Shown here: positions 46,455 to 53,127 of the stretch, one piece after another
Layout: every line of letters starts with the position of its first letter
Position numbering within the stretch: the first letter of the stretch is position 1
DNA from: a virus
Taxonomy: Duplodnaviria; Heunggongvirae; Uroviricota; Caudoviricetes
Virus record (IMG/VR): IMGVR_UViG_3300047202_000291
Reading direction: 5' to 3' (one strand)
Length of the DNA stretch: 53,127 bases
Program-made: the position numbers and the translations under genes
The notes under the pieces: model-generated
The model's database searches: none
Told to the model about the DNA's origin: nothing
What the model saw: only the letters and a program-made list of their open reading frames with translations

Positions 46455-46817
46455 ATGAAATATCAAGGAAAAGGTTGGCGTTATGAAAATTATAGGCACA
46501 GTTTAGCAGCAAAAGGTATAAGAACAAAGATAAGACCAATTAGTCTTTACGCAAGACCGCCATATATGTACGAGCATATGCATGGTCAGGAGCCAATGCC
46601 TATCGAAGAGCCTATTAAGTTAAAAAAAGAAGAATATGAGACTATTTTTGAGAAAGGAACTGAAACTGCGGAGAATCTCGGTGGGCAATTAGGTGATTTT
46701 ATATTCAGGACCAATCCTGAAAGTAAGGAAACTGCTTTCGAGAAGGGCACTACAACAGCAGAAGAAAAAGGAAAAGCCCTTGGGGATAAGATTTTTCGTG
46801 GTCCAATTAGATTTTGA
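46455..46817 (+). CDS. Tagged protein 9 with an internal 30-aa tandem repeat
   Basis: Tag; ETIFEKGTETAENLGGQLGDFIFR and ETAFEKGTTTAEEKGKALGDKIFR. Confidence 0.8.
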   Translation: MKYQGKGWRYENYRHSLAAKGIRTKIRPISLYARPPYMYEHMHGQEPMPIEEPIKLKKEEYETIFEKGTETAENLGGQLGDFIFRTNPESKETAFEKGTTTAEEKGKALGDKIFRGPIRF

Positions 46818-46826
46818 GGTAAGAAA

Positions 46827-46982
46827 ATGGCATATGATTTAGATGGAACATCCCCGATCATTAAGAAAGTAACTAAAGGTCCATATAAAAAAACAGATCC
46901 TATTTGGTGGCGGGATGCTGGTGGGAATCTTTTTGAGAAGGTTTCAATCAATTCCGTTAAAAAATGGAAGTGGATAAGGTAG
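46827..46982 (+). CDS. 51-aa basic/Trp-rich microprotein
   Basis: GAGGT SD; ...PIWWRDAGG...KKWKWIR*. Confidence 0.6.
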   Translation: MAYDLDGTSPIIKKVTKGPYKKTDPIWWRDAGGNLFEKVSINSVKKWKWIR

Positions 46983-46994
46983 GAGGTAATGAAA

Positions 46995-47162
46995 ATGAAA
47001 TACAACTATGCGAGTAAATTAAAATTTTATGACCTAAAGGCAAGAAAATCTTTCAAGACTGATAAGTATAAAGCAGTCAAAAAATCAGGAAGGAATTTTG
47101 TCGTGGCAACAGCGCCTTCGGGAGCTACTGCCTGGAGAATAGTTGCAAAACCAAAAAAGTAA
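46995..47162 (+). CDS. cc1: CC1-like archaeal chromatin protein (55 aa; not in ORF track)
   Basis: LKFYDLKARKSFKTDKY...FVVATAPSGATAWRIV matches the pattern I recall for Thermoproteales CC1 (KFYD.KA...F.TD.Y...F.VA.SP..G....R); GGAGGT SD. Confidence 0.65.
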   Translation: MKYNYASKLKFYDLKARKSFKTDKYKAVKKSGRNFVVATAPSGATAWRIVAKPKK

Positions 47163-47170
47163 TTTGAGTT

Positions 47171-47195
47171 GGCCTGCAGCAATGTGGGCTTTATT
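47171..47195 (+). terminator. GCAA-tetraloop hairpin plus T-run after cc1
   Basis: GGCCTGCA-GCAA-TGTGGGCT-TTATT. Confidence 0.35.
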
Positions 47196-47221
47196 ATCAT
47201 CAGTTCATACGAGGACGAAAA

Positions 47222-47776
47222 ATGAAAGGTTGGCGATACGAAGGATATAGGCACAGTTTGGCAGCTAAAGGTATAAGGACCTTTAAGAAAGGGAAATATC
47301 ATTTCACTTTGCCAGGTTCAGAAGTCATAAAACTTTCGAAGGAAATCGAAAGTGAGCTTAAGCCTTTATCAAGGAGAATTGACATTGCGGGCAGTATACG
47401 AAGAAAAGTCGATGAGCCAGTTGATGTTGATATTGTGATGATTCCAAAAAATAAAGAGAAAGTTCGTGAGAAACTTGCACATCTCGGGAGAATTACTGCA
47501 CAGGGAGAAACTATGGTTGAGACGAAGATCAATGGAGTCGATGTAGATACTTATTTTGCAGAACCAGATTCATACGGTGCGCAGCTTATGACGAGAACCG
47601 GTCCTTGGCAAGGCAATCTTGGAAATCGGACTTTGGCAAAAAACAAATGCATGAAGCTTAGCCAATATGGTCTTTTTGACCGAAAAACAGGCAAAAGAAT
47701 AGCTGGAAGAACAGAAAAGGAGATTTATGAGGCCCTTGGTAAAAAATATAAAGAACCAGAACTCAGGGGAATGTAA
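47222..47776 (+). CDS. polX: Tagged protein 10: minimal DNA polymerase X (palm and thumb only)
   Basis: IAGSIRR..DVDIV, VDVD, QLMTRTG, KLSQYGLF, EKEIYEALGKKYKEPELR. Confidence 0.85.
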   Translation: MKGWRYEGYRHSLAAKGIRTFKKGKYHFTLPGSEVIKLSKEIESELKPLSRRIDIAGSIRRKVDEPVDVDIVMIPKNKEKVREKLAHLGRITAQGETMVETKINGVDVDTYFAEPDSYGAQLMTRTGPWQGNLGNRTLAKNKCMKLSQYGLFDRKTGKRIAGRTEKEIYEALGKKYKEPELRGM

Positions 47777-47834
47777 TACGATTTATACTCGAATTTATAA
47801 ATGACGAAATAAATTGAAAACACAGGGTGAAAAA

Positions 47835-49115
47835 ATGGAAAAAATGAAGATGAAAAATCCGAATAGGATTAAAGTGATGTTGCTTGTATTAACAGTATTC
47901 ATTTTGGGTGGAGCAATAGCAGTTACGCAATATGCATATGGTTCTCAGGTTATTGAGAAAAATGAGAATATGTATATGATTTCCCACACAGAGTATAGAT
48001 ATGGTGAGATGGGGCAAATCATCGTTAGACTGGTTGATTTCCAAGGGGATCCAATTGTCGTGGATAATTGTACTGCTTCAATATTATATCCCGATAAGAG
48101 TTTTTTTGCGCAGGATGCTTTGATGTTGGATTCGGAGAACATAACTGGAGATCATTATTATAATTTTACCACGCCAAATGGTCCGGAAGGAGTCTATGAA
48201 TACCAGGCGACCTGTAATTATGCTCCAAGTAAAACAAAAACTGCAACTAATTCATTTCACTTGTCTTCAGCATTTAACACAACTATAGCTGATCTTGAGA
48301 TTGCAATTGCAGATTTGACGGAGATAAATAGCACAGTAGTTGCTTTTAGAACAGAAGTTCAGGCAAATTTTAGTCAAGTTCAGTCTGTTCTTAGTATAAT
48401 TAATGGAACTGCTGAAGAAATTCAATATACTGTTGAGCAGGCTAATGCGACGATAAATGGGATTAACTCAAATCTGAATGACTTTATTACTAATACCACT
48501 CTCGCCTTGGCTACAATAGATGCAAATACTGTGGCTATTAATAATACAGTAAATGCAATTTATGCAGATCTTGCGACTTTGAATACAACAATGATTGTTA
48601 GATTTGATGCGATTGATGCATATATGTCAGCGAACTTTACTCAGGTATTTAGTAATATATCTGATTTAAGGCAGCTTGTGTATGATATTAATACGAGTAT
48701 CATTGATGCGGCGAATGCAATCAATTTGTCCTTATCAGGATACATCGCTGATTTATCTGCGCAATTAGATGCAGTTAATCTGTCCTTATCGACCCAGATT
48801 TCCGATTTATCAACGAAAGTTGATAATGTGAATCTGTCAATTAGTTCAAGTATAGCAGATTTTAGGCAGGAAGTTCAGGTTAATTTCAGTCAGGCTTGGG
48901 TGTGGTTTGATTTAATAAACACAACGACAATTAGCACCTATGATTATATGACCGGAACTCTGGCAGATAATATAGATAGTGTACTGACAACCATCGGAGT
49001 GATTAATGCGACAGTAAATAGGATTGAAGAGAAGACAGATGTGATAAACACAACAACTAAGCAAATCTTGCAGAATCAGGAAGATGAGGTCTTCATAAGT
49101 ACATATAGTGGATGA
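47835..49115 (+). CDS. Spike-like protein: MG2/Ig-like domain and long glycosylated coiled coil
   Basis: TATA at 47794; signal anchor; TEYRYGE...GVYEYQATC...SFHLS; heptad/sequon-rich stalk. Confidence 0.75.
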   Translation: MEKMKMKNPNRIKVMLLVLTVFILGGAIAVTQYAYGSQVIEKNENMYMISHTEYRYGEMGQIIVRLVDFQGDPIVVDNCTASILYPDKSFFAQDALMLDSENITGDHYYNFTTPNGPEGVYEYQATCNYAPSKTKTATNSFHLSSAFNTTIADLEIAIADLTEINSTVVAFRTEVQANFSQVQSVLSIINGTAEEIQYTVEQANATINGINSNLNDFITNTTLALATIDANTVAINNTVNAIYADLATLNTTMIVRFDAIDAYMSANFTQVFSNISDLRQLVYDINTSIIDAANAINLSLSGYIADLSAQLDAVNLSLSTQISDLSTKVDNVNLSISSSIADFRQEVQVNFSQAWVWFDLINTTTISTYDYMTGTLADNIDSVLTTIGVINATVNRIEEKTDVINTTTKQILQNQEDEVFISTYSG

Positions 49116-49119
49116 GAAT

Positions 49120-50160
49120 ATGGATAAGTATAAGCATTACGGTAAAGGTTGGTATTATGAGTCCCTGAGGCACTCTTTGGCAGCTAGGGGCATAAGATCA
49201 ACCTTTGCTTTCGATGATAGATCCAATATTGTTACAATGGAGGACAGGACTCCGGGTAGAATAAGACAATATAATAAATTTCTACAGGAAAATGCTACCT
49301 TGCCCAACGAGCAGTTAGCAATAGCCTTGATGGGTAGGTTTGGTGAAATCAAGCAGCAATATGCTGATAGGCTTGTGCGGGAATTCAGGAAATGGCAGGA
49401 AGTCCCTATTCCGAAGTATGTTTTAGAGCAAGATAAAGGTAAGGCTAAGCTAAGAGTTGCAGATTATCATGACGCGATCGATAAAGTTCTTAGTAAGGAT
49501 CATTATCAAAATGCTACGGATGAGGAGGTTATTGTATATCTTATAAAGCAATTTCCAGAAGTTAATGAGCGCTACGCGAAAGAATTGCTTTATCGGCATA
49601 AGAAATTTGAAGAAGATCAGAAGAGGGCAAAATTCGGTTGGCATGGTAATTATGCGTCAAAATTGACAGGATTTCCAATAGCTTATACAAAGCAGGGTAT
49701 TCCAATCACGATAAAGAATCCTTTAAGGACTTCCTTTAATGGGAAACGCTATCCCGTGACTCCGGAAGAAGTCAAGCAGGAATTTGATAATTTATCCGAT
49801 GAGGCTGTGGCTGGCATTAGAGAGATTAGCTTCCGTGATCCATCAGAAGTGCCAGGAAGTAAGCAGGGTCTCGCTTGGGCACAATATGCGCGCTCTGCTA
49901 AGAGAATTAACATATTCTCTCAGCCAAAGGTAGAGGCCCAAAATCCTGAGAATAGGCGTTATTTGATGGCATATGTGCTTCCTCATGAGGCCGCCCATCA
50001 TGCGACTTTACATAATATGAAACTTACTGAAGATCCTATGATAGTTGAGGAGGCTCGCGCAGATGCGATGGTATATGGCGAAGATCCATTGAATCCAAAG
50101 GTTTTGCAAAGGCGCATTGCTTTGAGGCAGGCTCAATTTGGTCCAAAGGGTACGGTTTAA
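49120..50160 (+). CDS. Tagged protein 11: zincin-like (HExxH) metallopeptidase
   Basis: Tag; VLPHEAAHH...EEARAD. Confidence 0.75.
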   Translation: MDKYKHYGKGWYYESLRHSLAARGIRSTFAFDDRSNIVTMEDRTPGRIRQYNKFLQENATLPNEQLAIALMGRFGEIKQQYADRLVREFRKWQEVPIPKYVLEQDKGKAKLRVADYHDAIDKVLSKDHYQNATDEEVIVYLIKQFPEVNERYAKELLYRHKKFEEDQKRAKFGWHGNYASKLTGFPIAYTKQGIPITIKNPLRTSFNGKRYPVTPEEVKQEFDNLSDEAVAGIREISFRDPSEVPGSKQGLAWAQYARSAKRINIFSQPKVEAQNPENRRYLMAYVLPHEAAHHATLHNMKLTEDPMIVEEARADAMVYGEDPLNPKVLQRRIALRQAQFGPKGTV

Positions 50161-50196
50161 AATGAAATGTGCTGATAAATTTTGGGGTGAAGTATA

Positions 50197-53127
50197 ATGA
50201 GGAAATTAATTTTATTTTTAGTTGTGGTTCTGTGTTTGATTGGCTTTGTTTCTGCAGAACAATGCAATGAAACGTGGAGGCCATGCATCTACGATGAGAA
50301 TATGACTCTTATAGAATGCACATCAACAGACATGAGCTATATGTTTTATGGAATAACAGATTTTAATAATACAGTCGGAGACATCACGGGCTGGAATGCG
50401 AGTTGCATAACAAATATGGATGATATGTTTGAAAGCTCTGATTTCAACCAAAATATAGATAGTTGGGACACGAGCAGCGTAACAACCATGGTAGATATGT
50501 TTTACGATGCGATATTTAATCAGCCCATAGGTTCCTGGAATACAAGTCAAGTTACATCAATGTATGGTATGTTTAGCGGAGATAATTATTTTAATCAAAA
50601 TATAAGCAATTGGGATGTAAGTCAAGTAACGACGATGGCTTGGATGTTCCGTGATGATTATGCGTTTAGTCAAGATATAAGTGGTTGGGATATTAGCAAT
50701 GTAGCAGATATGACGGGTATGTTTAATGGAGTTTCTCTATTAATAGTAAATTATGATGCTTTATTGAATAGTTGGGCAGCCCAGTCAGTCCAAAGTGGCG
50801 TATCGTTTGATGCCGGTAATACGAAATATTCATCAATAGGGCTTGTTGGAAGAAATATTCTTATAGATACTTATGGATGGGCCATTACGGATGAGGGGTT
50901 GGGAGTAATTCATGGGAAATTTAATAAAATGAGGTATTTGGAGTATAATGGTTCATTTACTGGCAGCGATGTCGTTGTTAAAATTTCAGTTAATATCTCT
51001 GATGCGACCGCTAATTGTTCCGATGTTGAATTTACTAATAATGCTGCTAACACTGTTTATGAGCATTTCACTTATCAATGTAATCCGGATGGGTTAAGCA
51101 CCTTCTATATTCAGATACCATCTAGTGTTGAAGGAAAGAATTATTTTAGCATTTTTTATGATGCGACTGATAAATCAATGCCTGATGGAAGTGATTATAA
51201 TATTTTTATAATTTATGATGACTTCAATAGGCCAGATAATGATTCTTTGGGGAATGCATTAACAGGTCAAGCATGGACTGAAGGAGGGTTTGGTGGAAAT
51301 AGTAATATAACGAATAACGAGATGGCGGCAATTTATTCAAGCGGAACTTTAGCAGTTGCTTGTCCTAGTTCAGGAGATAATGTGGTTGTAGAAAGTATAG
51401 TTAGATCGAATGCCGAGAATGGTTCGGATCCGGGGATGTTTAGCGGAGGATGTGGTTTTGGTGACGGAACTTGGATTAACTTATATGCTACGGCAGCAAC
51501 AGGTTACTGGACGTATGGAAGTGGTCCTGGCTCCGGTTATACGCCATTTGGTGTTCCTTTTGTTAAAGATGAAATATATAATTGGCTATTATGGTCGAAT
51601 GGAAGCACAGGAAATTATAATGTTTACTTGGATGGAGTGATGAAAGTTGATTCTGGTATAAAGAGAACAGATGGCACTACAGACTTTTATACTACAATCA
51701 ATACATGGTCCACCGCATGGTGGGATGATATTAGGGTTTATTACGGGGATGTTCCCCAGGATCTGGTAATTGGAGAAGAAAAGGAATTCATACAGCTTAT
51801 TTATCCCGGGGATGGAATGGTATTGGATAGGCAAACTTCTCCAGAATTAAAAATTAAATTAGTCGGAGAAGTCGAAACAGTCAATGTCTCTTTTTATGAT
51901 GCATCGAATGATTCTTTGATTTGTGAAATAGATGCTGTTGAAATATCTGAAGATGGGGTGAATGTTACTTGTGACTGGCTTAATCTTACAGTTAATCAGG
52001 AATATTTCTGGTATGTTAATGTAAGTACCGAGATAGCAATAATTAAAAGTAGTGTTTGGAGTTTTACTCCTGATGATGAGCCTAAAGTTTATAACATGAG
52101 GATTGAGCAGATTAATACAGATGAAGTTCAGTTTAAGTGGGAAAATGAACCCGATATGGAGTGGATTTCTTTTAGGGTTGGTAGCGATATAATGGAGGTT
52201 CGTGGTATTACCGGGGTATCGCAAGAGTGGAATGTTACTGTGTTGTATCCGAATTATGATTATATTTTTGAATGGCAGCTTGGAGATAATCTTACCTCAA
52301 TGAGCGATTATTATAATTTCTATTTTAGGTCTGGTGGCTGGAAACCGGATCTTGCAGATTATAAATATAAGAGGCTCGTCACGGTAAATAGCAGTCAGAT
52401 AGGCTCCGATTTAGACGATTACGCCGTAAATGTTTCATTAACAGAAGAGAACTTTCAGTATTTTGATTCTGTTAATTGGGTGTATTATCCCGCATTTAAG
52501 CATTTAAATTGGACAAATGGTAATGATATAAGGTTAGTTAACTACTACGAAACTAAATACTTGCCATTTGAGATTACAAAATGGGATGTGGCGGGCGAAG
52601 GATGTGTGCAGCAGCAGACAATTCCTAATGCGACAGCCTACGAAGGTGACTTTGCGACTTATAGCTTTGCGCACGATGGAGATTGGTTGACTCAGGCAAC
52701 TCCCAATCCTGATGGAACTGATTATTATAATTACACAATTCGTGCCGGAGCAAAAGACACAAGCAAATTCAGGATTCACGATGGTGAGTGGGGTTGGGAT
52801 ATAAATATCCCTACAGGATGTTTCGGGGGCACGGACTTGCAGTTTAAATCAGTTGCAAATACGACTCCAGAGCATGTTGTGAAGACCTATTGTAGGGATA
52901 ATTTAGATCCGGACACATGGAATCTTGTAAGGGACAATCTAAATGCATCATACTATATATATGAAACAATGGTAACCTGGGAGTTCGATTGTGAGGCAGA
53001 TATTTCAGTTATTCCAGAGCACTTTGATGATGCTTCTCAGCAGAATGTGCCTGGAATAGATGGTAATTATGACACTAAATTTTGGGTATACTATGGATAT
53101 TCTGAAGCAGAGAACAACGAGTCCGCA
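50197..53127 (+). CDS. BspA/DUF285 repeat surface protein with lectin-like and DUF2341-like domains (runs off the window; not in ORF track)
   Basis: GGGGTGA SD; signal peptide; FNQ.I..WDTS.VT.M..MF repeats; YKRLVTV...NGNDIRLV...FWVYYG; open for 977 codons to the end. Confidence 0.85.
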   Translation, partial: MRKLILFLVVVLCLIGFVSAEQCNETWRPCIYDENMTLIECTSTDMSYMFYGITDFNNTVGDITGWNASCITNMDDMFESSDFNQNIDSWDTSSVTTMVDMFYDAIFNQPIGSWNTSQVTSMYGMFSGDNYFNQNISNWDVSQVTTMAWMFRDDYAFSQDISGWDISNVADMTGMFNGVSLLIVNYDALLNSWAAQSVQSGVSFDAGNTKYSSIGLVGRNILIDTYGWAITDEGLGVIHGKFNKMRYLEYNGSFTGSDVVVKISVNISDATANCSDVEFTNNAANTVYEHFTYQCNPDGLSTFYIQIPSSVEGKNYFSIFYDATDKSMPDGSDYNIFIIYDDFNRPDNDSLGNALTGQAWTEGGFGGNSNITNNEMAAIYSSGTLAVACPSSGDNVVVESIVRSNAENGSDPGMFSGGCGFGDGTWINLYATAATGYWTYGSGPGSGYTPFGVPFVKDEIYNWLLWSNGSTGNYNVYLDGVMKVDSGIKRTDGTTDFYTTINTWSTAWWDDIRVYYGDVPQDLVIGEEKEFIQLIYPGDGMVLDRQTSPELKIKLVGEVETVNVSFYDASNDSLICEIDAVEISEDGVNVTCDWLNLTVNQEYFWYVNVSTEIAIIKSSVWSFTPDDEPKVYNMRIEQINTDEVQFKWENEPDMEWISFRVGSDIMEVRGITGVSQEWNVTVLYPNYDYIFEWQLGDNLTSMSDYYNFYFRSGGWKPDLADYKYKRLVTVNSSQIGSDLDDYAVNVSLTEENFQYFDSVNWVYYPAFKHLNWTNGNDIRLVNYYETKYLPFEITKWDVAGEGCVQQQTIPNATAYEGDFATYSFAHDGDWLTQATPNPDGTDYYNYTIRAGAKDTSKFRIHDGEWGWDINIPTGCFGGTDLQFKSVANTTPEHVVKTYCRDNLDPDTWNLVRDNLNASYYIYETMVTWEFDCEADISVIPEHFDDASQQNVPGIDGNYDTKFWVYYGYSEAENNESA

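Larger units (their letters stand above)
36161..49200 (+). repeat. 11 dispersed copies of an 18-codon peptide tag GWx[YF][ED]SxRHSLAA[KR]GI[KR]T
   Basis: Copies start at 36161, 36543, 37184, 38041, 41926, 42708, 44951, 46378, 46473, 47228, 49147; G, W, H, S, A, A, G, I invariant. Confidence 0.95.
1..53127. mobile_element. Archaeal virus genome (non-tailed; filamentous or spindle-like hypothesis)
   Basis: No housekeeping genes; all but two genes on +; dense small ORFs with ATGA overlaps; MCM-like helicase, RecB-family nuclease, coat-like proteins, Zot-like ATPase; archaeal TATA/BRE and GGAGGTG sites. Confidence 0.8.

Noticed and set aside
36161-49200. Tag-encoding DNA as a CRISPR array or dispersed DNA repeat/MITE
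   Set aside because: Spacing is irregular (95 bp to several kb), copies are always in frame, and synonymous positions vary freely.
49633-49665. Second internal tag in the peptidase (FGWHGNYASKL)
   Set aside because: Only GW matches; the RHSLAA core is absent.
823-52779. Numerous minus-strand and alternate-frame ORFs in the track (e.g. 823-1095, 14575-14838, 26136-26450, 51859-52224)
   Set aside because: They overlap longer, motif-bearing + strand genes, lack SD sites and have shadow-like composition.
1-53127. tRNA, rRNA, integrase/att site, transposase
   Set aside because: None recognised by eye; intergenic gaps are mostly too short. tRNAscan/Infernal would be needed to exclude small RNAs.

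Overview
This AT-rich window is almost entirely + strand coding and looks like the genome, possibly complete and circular, of an archaeal virus without head-tail genes. The host domain is inferred from TATA/BRE promoters, GGAGGTG ribosome-binding sites, an MCM-like helicase and a CC1-like chromatin protein; a DPANN host is possible. Layout: (1) 0.5-13 kb: MCM-like helicase, PD-(D/E)XK nuclease, many small Zn-finger, membrane and coiled-coil ORFs, and a GT2 plus GT-C glycosylation pair. (2) 13.1-14.3 kb: a minus-strand RHH regulator operon divergent from two tandem 55-56 aa coat-like genes that the ORF track missed. (3) 14.4-31.3 kb: large secreted, sequon-rich surface/spike proteins built from shuffled modules. 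(4) 31.4-36.0 kb: membrane proteins plus a Zot/pI-like ATPase. (5) 36.1-53.1 kb: 11 otherwise unrelated proteins sharing an 18-aa tag (GWx[YF][ED]SxRHSLAA[KR]GI[KR]T), interleaved with basic microproteins and more surface proteins. Tagged proteins include a minimal PolX, an HExxH metallopeptidase and a coat-protein paralogue. The main candidate novel system is a peptide-tag-directed virion cargo-loading system coupled to a small single-TM coat protein family that also displays a fused adhesin. I recognised no terminase, portal, HK97 or jelly-roll capsid, integrase, PolB, tRNA, rRNA or CRISPR array. All family names come from motif recognition by eye, not database searches.
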